The notes below the pieces were generated by a model. The model searched no databases, was not told the origin of the DNA, and saw only the letters and a list, made by a program, of their open reading frames with translations. A DNA stretch of 64,000 nucleotides. It comes from an uncultured virus (IMG/VR IMGVR_UViG_3300042400_001066). Its lineage: Duplodnaviria; Heunggongvirae; Uroviricota; Caudoviricetes. Position numbers and translations under genes: made by a program. Of the stretch, positions 40,601 through 48,181 are shown piece by piece; positions within the stretch are counted from its first letter, which is position 1; each line of letters starts with the position of its first letter. The stretch is from the IMG/VR virus record IMGVR_UViG_3300042400_001066; one strand, 5' to 3'.

Positions 40601-41044
40601 GCCAACGAAGGCTCAATTGGCTTTGATTTAAGAAAAACCTCCCCTATTGCAGGTACTGCAGATGATTTAGCTAAAAATATGTACTGGTCTGGATCTGTTG
40701 GCTTATATAAATTAACAGGGGTAGTGCCATTTTCACAAGAGTATGGTAAAAAATTAATGGATGTAACAGGGGGAGAAATTCCTTTGATGAAAACAAAATA
40801 CTACTATGATAAAGAGGGGTATGTTACGAGGGAAGTTAATGTATTGGATGAAACCGTAAAAGACTTCTTGATAGGAAATAGACTTAGAGACGCTATGCAA
40901 AGTAGCGAATTAAGAAGAGATAAATATAATGAATTAGGTATACCTCAAGGTGAACTGGCAAATATGATTTACAAGTTGAGAAATGGTTACTACAAAGCTT
41001 ATGGTAGAAACTTAGAAGAAGAAATAAAAGTTTCTCAAGAATAA
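34604..41044 (+). CDS. Giant ejection protein with ART-PolyVal-like domain, zincin-like domain and TM segment
   Basis: 2146 aa. LAPNGKPSNL..VRS.GFK..YGDWE..GEPLKVYHG..GFHFS (~34975-35230), LTEEVAH..EEEIMGK (~36130-36300), and hydrophobic VVIPFAGV..SMIFSYFFY (~38495-38610). Confidence 0.7.
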   Translation: MAKCSLPNVEKRFRESNPQLADKLNDIGLKVFEDISNSTLFDRKEGNFVFNEEGTEERNSQNDFVTKLNTDLGAEVVKALENKVSVDVLPLVTEEDLIAVSQIEGQVNPELKDVELQYNDKGEHLAPNGKPSNLSESESKYVRSKGFKDKYGDWEKGQEATNLLLDKKTGEPLKVYHGVKSNQKFDKFEKTTDVGFHFSPNKSIASDFARNDEIRQRSTEDGEMYEPVIYEGFINTKDIEGIEDLELWTVPDFKKYLNGLANENNINWEYDTRKDRIQNTRDLYSKIKGFNPDFKALQYFNEYEGRFAKGSKFSYILFNDADFIRVDQKAVESLLSKEQTPALEDVEEFKSSEELPDSFLTLSDFEEPAYTPTTPETHPERVAPLAPEPTKSIPQQWAEYTNLKDRTDLTPDEELDLAVYRAKFDMFDSPSQYEKVMSDPTPKAFVSFREKNLEKLLLSFADKFGITIANIEDFQKQYFEKTGKFIPANGVANLFEKVIYVSEGNTDALTEEVAHFIIAMLPKDGELYQNLKQYISRTREYELFYDKYLAQYDGDVDKTEEEIMGKVFKNALQDKEETVPLSVKSVVKRIINYISDLFSDDKMEYLNSLNQLKKMFFSENLAEGLDAANINYDELYQLNFEITGKENDAVLNERSEKFDLGANLLIENLENTLSNIRQQAIESNQKKALDSSNYLLNILAKKTEQDADKAKILSSMVVSSVATIRRLQDSFNEFDKLNIPKTLETDFKRDNLIKLSYDDYNKSLSKLASYINYLQSLYSLSKSIESTSKLMKLESNDMIAFKKIIYDLDPSITENDEIIKAFDLLDGEGVKVMAAKIESIYLKNVKQILDIYMSALSTEDQKRFLNYQNEVDFANTDAKTIADKNNNIIDYSKGIFSNIKSLFSKGITPVTMQNDTFIQSVDRFVSAMEQMGKERASKEVAEVQKIENRLYQNGANAQNQDWLSEKDDKGRSTGNLITKLNFSKYANLAAKNLKDKLRNLPFASNAQIQGLQKIAFNSPKQVFDSLGELLKDNKITQEEFDHAKNYLMAEKALYDLEHTTPNYTSTTLSNNSLDALRNYIDRNIVNVREALNDPNFDWTNDEIELISDDFGDLESALEELISEKRALLEEKYFTVDEDKRVLLKADGTPDLDKNGNEKLNPIYKTELDFVEGLLNKYKYKIGYATDTDGNFYPDKINIDVWGDEFLFELSDSHPDAKEYANKEYLDIEEKAAKGDALAVAKMDMVNYIKKWNKQNNLPSNSLPKGSKKDSEYLQMFGDKRFINIFGVNFDVAKIITQVVIPFAGVANTPMLFGIAAGLVNPLTLGVSSMIFSYFFYNRIANQVVKFISIYVDTRGRINDVKGLKRMAVALAKSLGVYNKALQFELNKDDNIISTGDPEKSESVISKRVDLWLKNMFHKIFRAVDAKQANKKNKIDVIPRKYTEYIEPALRSTQYLDNFKSFIYANKEYENKSMYEGAIRAMNDLYRKREDKEGNIIGDDYLEAIYIDRYWYNKIYPNSFAMKFIRVLAAQTGFNQLTGNINTGVKNILTGISMISANGGLLATMPAIKDATIYSLNMLLLAKGKNSRVALEQNKIQMIKKHLRSSSFGGIVDFDYSDSSLVQKLRLNNGKIVSELGESFISSVLVYKFLRDTKLIDENGKKIDIIKHLTIKDGRLSFDDKVAKKIYFNNINEIQKAEDLQLDPGYVKDINLRAIVPKNLQKEALVPLEIDFYLNRTLLQNIDYFRQRSQGVYNILLKPRISTTAIGTALFMYQNYVLPGAYTALGRKKNNPNLEGSEEGFIITLAKVLGRGVGNRFKDKLSPDSVNNIMRLNNIKTKGLLEDLGVLSNVFLYFSKNKNIVTQSLLEAAESQEKAIKFAEEQDAIVAQGGERKEGPAYYAGFKGKTKEEIFKELLIEANKQQRLNQYEADNYKKVASILAMFLLLKAALKFVYPPLEEEEVATYMASVTEVVSSELLRTWVPFLEGRLGFSWNFNPVGIKANEGSIGFDLRKTSPIAGTADDLAKNMYWSGSVGLYKLTGVVPFSQEYGKKLMDVTGGEIPLMKTKYYYDKEGYVTREVNVLDETVKDFLIGNRLRDAMQSSELRRDKYNELGIPQGELANMIYKLRNGYYKAYGRNLEEEIKVSQE

Positions 41045-41047
41045 TAT

Positions 41048-41078
41048 AAAAAGCCTCTCCGTTAAGAGAGGCTTTTTT
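41048..41078. terminator. Bidirectional intrinsic terminator between the convergent late and early modules
   Basis: AAAAAGCCTCTC-CGTTAA-GAGAGGCTTTTT at the strand switch. Confidence 0.85.
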
Positions 41079-41123
41079 ATTTACCATAATTCATCTTCTA
41101 TTATAATTTCCATATATATAAAT

Positions 41124-41345
41124 TTAATCTTCATCAAAGTTTCTTTCTCTATATTCATCTCCTTCAGATAGATCATTGAAAGGGCAATGTTTGCATGAAT
41201 TGTTGCAGCATCTGCCCTTGCGAAGGTGGTATTGTTCAGTAAATACCAAATTTCCTTCGTTCCAATAAAATTCGTCAGCTTGTAATTTAGTTTTTTCTTT
41301 AAAAATTCTTTGAGACTCTAGCTCTTGTACCCAATCTTGTTTCAT
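41124..41345 (-). CDS. Small Cys-rich protein (DUF5522-like)
   Basis: FYWNEGNLVFTEQYHLRKGRCCNNSCKHCPF motif. Start at ATG 41345 (MKQDW) preferred over the track's 41393. Confidence 0.65.
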   Translation of the reverse strand: MKQDWVQELESQRIFKEKTKLQADEFYWNEGNLVFTEQYHLRKGRCCNNSCKHCPFNDLSEGDEYRERNFDED

Positions 41346-41349
41346 AATT

Positions 41350-41649
41350 TTAAATATTTTCTGGCCTATAAATATAATAAGGACTATTTGCATAAGTCAT
41401 ACCCACATCCTCACTAGACATTCTTGGATTATTAATTTTAATCTTAGGAGGAGATTCTTTATCATAAGGCTTAATAAAGTCTGCATTGTGCCATCTTAGT
41501 AAATTATTAGGTTGGATACAAAAGTTACCACAATCTAGTTCAATAAAATGAAAGCACTTACTGTCTAAATCTTCCGCATACCCTACATTAACACTATTAG
41601 GATCAGTCTCATAATTAATTAGCTTTAATATACTTACTGTTATTGTTTT
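41350..41649 (-). pseudogene. Start-less open frame resembling the C-terminal half of a conserved phage protein
   Basis: 99 codons with no upstream ATG/GTG/TTG: ...INYETDPNSVNVGYAEDLDSKCFHFIELDCGNFCIQPNNLLRWHNADFIKPYDKE...RPENI*. Confidence 0.5.
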
Positions 41650-41959
41650 CTACTTCACAGCAATATGCTAGTTTAAGATAGTTTATAGCGTCTTCGTAAG
41701 AATCTAATAGAGATTCATTCATAATATTTTTTCCTTCTTTTTTTAGATTCCAAATTCTAACAAACTTTAATACCACCATTAGTGTAGCGTAACCTTCTGG
41801 GGCTGAAATATCTACACCCATAGTTTTAACAACATTACTCACTATTTTAAAGTTAGAAAGTACGTCTTCTGATGCATAGTCGTTTGCTTTCAACTTAATT
41901 ATATTCAAAGTTTTAGCGTCTAATTTTTCTAATAATTCTAATTGTTCTTGTGATGTCAT
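41615..41959 (-). CDS. All-helical nucleotide-modification-associated (DUF1599-like) protein
   Basis: 114 aa with K..DYA.EDVLSNF, K..RI.NL and ESL.DS..DAINY pattern. Confidence 0.55.
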   Translation of the reverse strand: MTSQEQLELLEKLDAKTLNIIKLKANDYASEDVLSNFKIVSNVVKTMGVDISAPEGYATLMVVLKFVRIWNLKKEGKNIMNESLLDSYEDAINYLKLAYCCEVENNNSKYIKAN

Positions 41960-41969
41960 ATTGTTTAAT

Positions 41970-42386
41970 TTATTTAATTTTTAAATTCATTATTGGGTGT
42001 ATTTCTGTAATACCATGAGTTTTATCAAAAACATAAGGTCCTTCTATTTCAATACTATCACCTTCTTTAGGTATAGTTATTTTATTTTTATAAAACCAAC
42101 AGATTGGAAATACTGATGGTACAGCACATACAATTTCCCCAACCATACATCCATTTTCATCTTTATAGTTGTTTTTTACCAATAATGAGCCATCCCCTAT
42201 CTTTAATCTTATATGTATGTCACCATCAATATCAGACTCGACTTTTTCAACTCTACCTTGTAATGTTTTAGATGATTCTAATACTACCAGTCTTTTGGGG
42301 TGATGCACTCTATTACAAGGACAATCTTCCTTTGAGATTAAACTTAATAATAATAAAACAACTATAGCTAATAATGTTAATTTCAT
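41970..42386 (-). CDS. Secreted/membrane-anchored OB-fold-like protein
   Basis: 138 aa with an N-terminal hydrophobic signal, DGDIHIRL and G.YVFD..HG..EIHP. Has its own promoter. Confidence 0.5.
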   Translation of the reverse strand: MKLTLLAIVVLLLLSLISKEDCPCNRVHHPKRLVVLESSKTLQGRVEKVESDIDGDIHIRLKIGDGSLLVKNNYKDENGCMVGEIVCAVPSVFPICWFYKNKITIPKEGDSIEIEGPYVFDKTHGITEIHPIMNLKIK

Positions 42387-42408
42387 ATTACAATTTCTTA
42401 ATTTAATG

Positions 42409-42416
42409 CAAAGATA
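42409..42416 (-). promoter_or_regulatory. -7 promoter element (TATCTTTG)
   Basis: CAAAGATA on the + strand, 22 nt upstream of the ATG at 42386. Confidence 0.55.
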
Positions 42417-42440
42417 TATATATTTTATTTTAAAAGCATA

Positions 42441-42474
42441 AAAATAATCCTCACAATGTAGTGAGGATTATTTT
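42441..42474 (-). terminator. Intrinsic terminator
   Basis: AAAATAATCCTCAC-AATGTA-GTGAGGATTATTTT perfect inverted repeat downstream of 42493-42726. Confidence 0.75.
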
Positions 42475-42492
42475 AGATAAGATAATTATAGT

Positions 42493-42726
42493 TTAACTAA
42501 TAATTTGTATTTCATTTTGGGTTTCAATCCAAACTTTTGCCCCACAAGATAAAGGTTTATCCTTACTATATTTTATTGTAGCAACAATATTACCTTCTTT
42601 ATCTAATATATTTACATTATTAGCATAATTATTAGATTTATAGGTTTTACAAGTAATAACAGGTAAATTGGCACCTTTAGCGTTAGCTTTTATATTATGT
42701 TGATTTACATGGATTATATTTTTCAT
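42493..42726 (-). CDS. Conserved small phage hypothetical protein
   Basis: 77 aa with IIHVNQHNIKAN and KPLSCGAKVWIET. Confidence 0.65.
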   Translation of the reverse strand: MKNIIHVNQHNIKANAKGANLPVITCKTYKSNNYANNVNILDKEGNIVATIKYSKDKPLSCGAKVWIETQNEIQIIS

Positions 42727-42737
42727 ATTTTATAAAT

Positions 42738-44933
42738 TTAAAAGTTAATTTCACATTGTCCAGAACTACAAGCAGCCCCACTTAATTCATCTGCATTGAG
42801 ATATTTTTCTGTGTAGTCTATTTTAGAGAAGTCGATAGGCTTATATTTTAGGATTCTATTTATTTTCACCCATTTGTGATACAAGTGAATGTCTTTTAAA
42901 CAGTCTGCAGCTTTAAATAAATCTCCTTTGAAATAGTTTTTAGCAAACTTTTTGATCCTGCTTACAATGTCTTTCTTCACCATTACAGTGATTCTATCTC
43001 CTGTCAAAGCAAAAGATTTGTCAGTTACAGCAGAACATACATCCCAAAGATCATTATTAAAACAATGCAATGCATCTACAATTAATCCAGAGGCAAACAA
43101 AGCAGCATCTCCATATTTATTAATTAGTTGCTCTTGTGTAAGAACTTCTGTAAATGGTGCCTGCTTGTATATTTTATCTCCTGAATTAGGGAGGAAAGAA
43201 AGGCCACAGAAGTATTCTTTATTCTCAAAGATGTAATCAAAAGCTTTATCCCAATCTGATACACTCACTGTATTTGATACGTTATGTGTAATTGTTTCAC
43301 TATATCCAAGTTCTTTATTGGTACCAGGCAATACCCAATATTTATAAACTAGCTGCACAGACTTCAAGAAATCTATCTCATCTATTTGAGACTTAACAAT
43401 AGTGTTTGGGGTTTCTTCCATTGGAATAAAACAAGCATAGTCACTATTAGTAGGACTCCACACACCTTCTTCCAATAACTCAGGGTAAGACTCGTTTAAG
43501 AACTTAGCCATAGGAGTATCTTTGTTTAGCTGAATAGTTCTAAAATACTTGTGAGCATGTGCAGGGTGAATTCCACTAGCGGTTTTTGCTAATACAGAAG
43601 CGTTTCCAGAAGGTTTTACGCAGGTGGTTCTTGCCGCTTGGTTAATACCTATCAACTTAGCTACCTCTGCATTTATTTCCTTAACAATTCCTGCTCCTTT
43701 AGTTAAGATTTCAGGATTTAATAATATTTCAGGATTGTTCATAATTCCTGTAATAGAAACTCCTAATAAAGCTTCCCATCTAACCATCTCTTCTGTGTCT
43801 TTTCCTAAGAATCCGAACTCAGTGTAAGAAGCTTGAAATGTTCCTAAGATAGCAGCAGCTTTACAAGCATCGTAGAATTCTTCCTCTGTTTTGCAGTGTG
43901 ATCCAATAATCTCATTTAGATTGCAGAATGACCAACAAGATTTACCTGTAAAAGGATTTATTGGTTTAAATCCAATTTCAACACAAGGATTCACCATCAT
44001 ATCAATATCATCCACTAATACTACTCCTGGCTCTCCGAATTGCTTAATAAATTCTTTATAAGCATCTAATTCTTCTTTTGTAAGTTCTGATTTAAGAATT
44101 TTAGCTGAGTTATTCGCTCTTGCTCTCCAAGGGGTATCCATCCACCAACTACCTGTCTTAGATTTTAGCATTAAGTCATCATCTTTGTCAAACAAAGAAA
44201 TCAAAGCACTTCTTCTAACTCCTCCAGATAAAACTGCATCTGATAAAATACAAATAATATCATGACAATCTAGGGAACTCAATGCACTCTCATTATTAAT
44301 TGTCTTGCCTTCTAATAGTTTCTCTATTAACTCCAAAGATTTTTTCAAACCATCAGGGCCTGGAGCAATAAATTCTCCTGCTATAAGAGCTCCTTTTTCT
44401 CTAATGTTTGAAAAGTCAAATAAAACTTTTTGGGTACCCATGAAAAAAGAGTTCATCAGCACATCTATTGCAATAGCCCATCCCTCAATAGAATCTTCAA
44501 TTACATGTACAAAGTGAGAACTGTTATCTCTCTTCCTAATTTGTGGAAGTTTTTTTATGAATCTTGACTCAACAGAAAACCCAACTCCTGCCCCATTTAG
44601 TAGAACCCACATAATTTCTTTAAACACCTCTTGTCTATCTACATAAGTAACTGAACAATTGTACAATTTGCAATTATGCTTCATAATGCTTTTCTCTCTA
44701 AATTGTAAATTTCTTTGAGAAGCTAAAATTCTTTGGGCTGTATATGCTTTTTTAGCAATATTAAAATAAGGCTCTATTTCTGCCCAATTTAATAATCCTG
44801 AAAATTTATTGTAGTGCATTTGCATTACATCACTTACAGACTCTTCCCAAGTTTCAAGCCTATTCTCAGACTTAATAAATTTTGCATACGACTCGTTGAA
44901 TTTCAGCTTACTAGCTATTGTTTTTCCATTCAT
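42738..44933 (-). CDS. nrdJ: Class II (adenosylcobalamin-dependent) ribonucleotide reductase
   Basis: YNCS, GAGVGFS, GGVRRSA, NPCVEI, FCNLNE, TCVKPSGNAS and C-terminal ACSSGQCE; no nrdB nearby. ATG at 44933 preferred because the track start (44996) overlaps a promoter element. Confidence 0.88.
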   Translation of the reverse strand: MNGKTIASKLKFNESYAKFIKSENRLETWEESVSDVMQMHYNKFSGLLNWAEIEPYFNIAKKAYTAQRILASQRNLQFREKSIMKHNCKLYNCSVTYVDRQEVFKEIMWVLLNGAGVGFSVESRFIKKLPQIRKRDNSSHFVHVIEDSIEGWAIAIDVLMNSFFMGTQKVLFDFSNIREKGALIAGEFIAPGPDGLKKSLELIEKLLEGKTINNESALSSLDCHDIICILSDAVLSGGVRRSALISLFDKDDDLMLKSKTGSWWMDTPWRARANNSAKILKSELTKEELDAYKEFIKQFGEPGVVLVDDIDMMVNPCVEIGFKPINPFTGKSCWSFCNLNEIIGSHCKTEEEFYDACKAAAILGTFQASYTEFGFLGKDTEEMVRWEALLGVSITGIMNNPEILLNPEILTKGAGIVKEINAEVAKLIGINQAARTTCVKPSGNASVLAKTASGIHPAHAHKYFRTIQLNKDTPMAKFLNESYPELLEEGVWSPTNSDYACFIPMEETPNTIVKSQIDEIDFLKSVQLVYKYWVLPGTNKELGYSETITHNVSNTVSVSDWDKAFDYIFENKEYFCGLSFLPNSGDKIYKQAPFTEVLTQEQLINKYGDAALFASGLIVDALHCFNNDLWDVCSAVTDKSFALTGDRITVMVKKDIVSRIKKFAKNYFKGDLFKAADCLKDIHLYHKWVKINRILKYKPIDFSKIDYTEKYLNADELSGAACSSGQCEINF

Positions 44934-44993
44934 TTTTTTTGATAATTTTTTAAAAGTTAATAATAATTTTTTTACAGGGTAAAAAAGGGGTTG

Positions 44994-45001
44994 CAAAAGT
45001 A
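44994..45001 (-). promoter_or_regulatory. -7 promoter element (TACTTTTG) for nrdJ
   Basis: CAAAAGTA on the + strand, ~60 nt upstream of the ATG at 44933. Confidence 0.55.
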
Positions 45002-45013
45002 TAAATAAATTTT

Positions 45014-45451
45014 TTAATTGGTAAATATATTTTTATAAGCATTGTTGATTAAATACTTTTCACAATTAGGGATTTTAAGCAAAAAATCTAACTCATATCT
45101 ATAACAAATTCTCTCTTCTTCGGATGCAGTAGAAAAGAAATTAGAGTTGTAGAAAAATAAATGTGCTGATTCGTGAACAATAGCTGATGCTATATTATTT
45201 AAGCTACCTCCGCTTACATCATAAGTGGAAAGTATAATAGTGTTATCTCCCTCTATGGTGGAGAATTTTAGATTTGAAAATCCAATGTTTTTACAGTGCT
45301 TTAATAAAAGATTGTATTTATGGGAATCGTATTTCTTAATTAAGATTAAGGCAGAATCCACTCTGTTTTTCCAATTAGGACCAACATCAGCAATTTTTAT
45401 TTGACCAAAAGAAGATGTAGTAAAAATTAATAGGAAAATAAATAATTTCAT
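45014..45451 (-). CDS. Secreted HEXXH zincin-like metallopeptidase
   Basis: MKLFIFLLIFTTSSFG|Q signal peptide; IVHESAHL followed by EERIC (possible third ligand). Confidence 0.6.
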   Translation of the reverse strand: MKLFIFLLIFTTSSFGQIKIADVGPNWKNRVDSALILIKKYDSHKYNLLLKHCKNIGFSNLKFSTIEGDNTIILSTYDVSGGSLNNIASAIVHESAHLFFYNSNFFSTASEEERICYRYELDFLLKIPNCEKYLINNAYKNIFTN

Positions 45452-45455
45452 GTTG

Positions 45456-45463
45456 CAAAAATA
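45456..45463 (-). promoter_or_regulatory. -7 promoter element (TATTTTTG) 4 nt from the ATG; possible leaderless transcript
   Basis: The minus strand reads TATTTTTG-CAAC-ATG. Confidence 0.45.
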
Positions 45464-45477
45464 CAACAATTTTTTTA

Positions 45478-45918
45478 TTAAGGCATCTTTTTTATAATTT
45501 TTTCTAGAGCTTTTTTTATAGAAGTTGAGACAGTCATTTTAGAAAAAGGAATTCCATCTGTAAGTTCTAACATAACTGCATGAATCTCAGACTCTGACTC
45601 TCCATATTCTTCATATTTCTTTCCTTTATATTTTAATTGAATGCCAATTTCTGTCGTTTGAACAGATTCTTCTATACCCATAATCCTTAAACTTTTTTTA
45701 GGAAGACCAAAATAAAATATATCAATGAATATTTGTTCTCCACTATCTGACAGACAAAACTTAGAAGAAAGCATATCTTCTGCCATTTGTTTCACCCCAA
45801 ATTTTACATCTCTATTTCCTAATTCTTTTATCTCAACAGAGGACTTAATCTCTTGAATTTTTACACATTGTGAGTAGGAAAGAAAAGGAATTGCTAATAG
45901 TAATAATAAAAATCTCAT
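45478..45918 (-). CDS. Secreted hypothetical protein
   Basis: 146 aa with MRFLLLLLAIPFLSYS|Q signal. KFGVKQMAEDML and C-terminal STSIKKALEKII loosely parallel the CsgG-like gene. Confidence 0.65.
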   Translation of the reverse strand: MRFLLLLLAIPFLSYSQCVKIQEIKSSVEIKELGNRDVKFGVKQMAEDMLSSKFCLSDSGEQIFIDIFYFGLPKKSLRIMGIEESVQTTEIGIQLKYKGKKYEEYGESESEIHAVMLELTDGIPFSKMTVSTSIKKALEKIIKKMP

Positions 45919-45920
45919 AG

Positions 45921-46910
45921 TTAATAAGTTATTTGCCCTCTATATCCAGGGGCTATTAAATAATAGTTTGCATTTGTAGTCCCTGATATAGGAGAATTAA
46001 TTGTAATAGAATTTAATCCAGGAATAGTGGCTCTTAAATCTGTAGTTCCTGTATTTAAAGAAGAATATTGTGTTGTGGTAAATAACCTAGAAGCAGTCAT
46101 TGTAACCCAATTATTAACCCTTCCTGTTCTTCTTAAATTAATATAGTATTGGTCAGATATAGTTATCCTACCATCTCCATTTACATCATACATATTCCAA
46201 TGTAAACTTCTTCTAGCGGTTCTACCTAATATAACATTTGAGACATTTTGCATATCTGTTAAAGATAAAGTTGTTACAGGAGTGGGGGCATTTATTTGAA
46301 TATACCATTCTGTAGCAGGGTTACTTGTCTCATTAATAGTGTATCTACCTGTTGCATCTGTGTATATTGTTTTATGTAATACCCAAGAAGTAAAAGTTAC
46401 AATATAATCAAATTCAATTACATAAGGAAGAGCTATACCATTAGGTAAGTCGTTCCATCTACCTCCTCCAACGAATTGAACATAATCTTCATTCCCTGCG
46501 TTATTAGGTTCTCCAGGATTCCAAGAAGAATATGAGTAGGGTTCTCCTGTAACCCATCTCCATTGTCCCTCTACTACTTCATCTGTTAATCCTATCCATC
46601 CTGAAGGCCATAATCCAAATAGAAAGTTATTTTCAGCAGCACTTGTCACTGTTACTAAATATCCCCCCATATTTGCACAAGCTTGTCTTGCATCTGTCCA
46701 AAACGCATTTCCTGTAGATCTATAATAAGAATGTCCATTATAGTTTTGTTGAGATGTAAATCCTGTTAATGTAGGAGTGGTTCTTTTATATATTTGTATT
46801 GGAACATTTATTGCTCCTGTACCATTAGAGTTATAAATAAATCCTGAATAGGTAAAGTTTTGCCCTATAGCTATATTACAAATAAAAAATAATATAATTA
46901 TAATTCTCAT
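45921..46910 (-). CDS. Secreted C-type lectin + dockerin-like protein
   Basis: Signal MRIIIILFFICNIAIG|Q. CTLD motifs YNGHSYY, WTDARQAC, WIGLTD, GEPNN and RWNDL; dockerin-like YDVNGDGRITISD. Confidence 0.8.
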   Translation of the reverse strand: MRIIIILFFICNIAIGQNFTYSGFIYNSNGTGAINVPIQIYKRTTPTLTGFTSQQNYNGHSYYRSTGNAFWTDARQACANMGGYLVTVTSAAENNFLFGLWPSGWIGLTDEVVEGQWRWVTGEPYSYSSWNPGEPNNAGNEDYVQFVGGGRWNDLPNGIALPYVIEFDYIVTFTSWVLHKTIYTDATGRYTINETSNPATEWYIQINAPTPVTTLSLTDMQNVSNVILGRTARRSLHWNMYDVNGDGRITISDQYYINLRRTGRVNNWVTMTASRLFTTTQYSSLNTGTTDLRATIPGLNSITINSPISGTTNANYYLIAPGYRGQITY

Positions 46911-48181
46911 AATAATAATCTTGTGCCGAAAGTTATAGTGTTATTTAATGCACTTTGCCCCACTTGCCAAGCCCCTCCAATATTTATGTTTACTTTAAAT
47001 CTTTTTGTCACTCCCACATTTACCCCCACACTAGGAAGCATTACAAAGGGAGATTTCATAAGTACATCGTTATAATAACTTACATAAGGAGAATACACAA
47101 TTAGATTAGTTAGCTTAACATCTAGTCTTTTATGTAACTTTAAATCATACATCCCTCCTGTTATAATAGCGGTACCTATAAAACCCTCTTTAAACACTTT
47201 CCCCATAGATAATGTTCCTAAATAGATAAGTTTTAACTTCTTAATCTTTTTAAATGTTTTCATTTGGCCAAAAGCTACAGTGGAATAGGCACTTCCTCCT
47301 CCCTCTAAAGAGAATGTTACAGTGCCAGAAGCTATTGTTATATTAGAAGGATTTATCCAAGCATAGAACCCTGTTATATTTGGCCCCGCCTGTGCAGATG
47401 TGTAATCAAATAATATTCCTGATGAGCACGCCCCATCCCATCTCATAGAAGTGTAACCTCCTGTCCCTTTAACTCCTAAAGGTTTCTCAGAGTCTTTAAA
47501 GCTAAATCCTACAAAATCAGATGAAGCTACAATAGCGGGTTTCCCCCCTTCTTTACTTCCAGGTTTATTGGCCTTTCCTCCTCCCCCACTAGACCCTCCT
47601 GCTCCTCTCACAGAGTTGGTACCTCCTGCTGAAATATTTGTGCTACCTCCAGAAGCTTCTTCAGATGAAGATCCTCCACTAGGTGCACCACTACTTGTAG
47701 AACCTACACCCCCTAAGTTACCCCCTGACTCTGTAGATACAGAAGGTCCTTCTCCCATTGAACTTGAGCTTGGCATTATAGAAGATGCTATATTTGCTGA
47801 CATACTAGATGTAGCTGAACCAACAGTTTCTGCAATGTTTGATATAGAGTTTATAATTCCTACAGTGTTAAGCACTTGTCCTTGTCCAATATTCATAACT
47901 GTGGGAGTACCAATAGCCTCTCCACAAGGTGAACTGTTTTTAAATTTATTGAATAAATTATCTGACCATGTTTGAAACGCACCTGAAACAAAATCATAGT
48001 ATGTGAAATTTTCTGTGTTTCCATAATAGGAAACTTTTGTACTCCCATTAATGGGGACACTAATAGTTTTAGCTACTTGTGTACAAGGGTCAGTATATTG
48101 ATAGGAATAGGTTTGAGAGTAAACAAAAGTGTTTACATTTAATAAGAGTAATAAAGCTATTAGTTTATTTCTTAAAGACAC
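46907..48181 (-). CDS. Secreted protein with Ser/Gly linker and candidate C-terminal outer-membrane beta-barrel
   Basis: 424 aa with signal ...VYS|Q, a low-complexity S/G linker, and ~200 C-terminal residues of alternating amphipathic strands ending TITFGTRLLL. Confidence 0.55.
   Translation of the reverse strand: MSLRNKLIALLLLLNVNTFVYSQTYSYQYTDPCTQVAKTISVPINGSTKVSYYGNTENFTYYDFVSGAFQTWSDNLFNKFKNSSPCGEAIGTPTVMNIGQGQVLNTVGIINSISNIAETVGSATSSMSANIASSIMPSSSSMGEGPSVSTESGGNLGGVGSTSSGAPSGGSSSEEASGGSTNISAGGTNSVRGAGGSSGGGGKANKPGSKEGGKPAIVASSDFVGFSFKDSEKPLGVKGTGGYTSMRWDGACSSGILFDYTSAQAGPNITGFYAWINPSNITIASGTVTFSLEGGGSAYSTVAFGQMKTFKKIKKLKLIYLGTLSMGKVFKEGFIGTAIITGGMYDLKLHKRLDVKLTNLIVYSPYVSYYNDVLMKSPFVMLPSVGVNVGVTKRFKVNINIGGAWQVGQSALNNTITFGTRLLL

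Noticed and set aside
45921..46910. Diversity-generating retroelement target (lectin fold)
   Set aside because: No reverse transcriptase and no template/variable repeat pair differing at adenines were seen in the window; the domain is a canonical CTLD.
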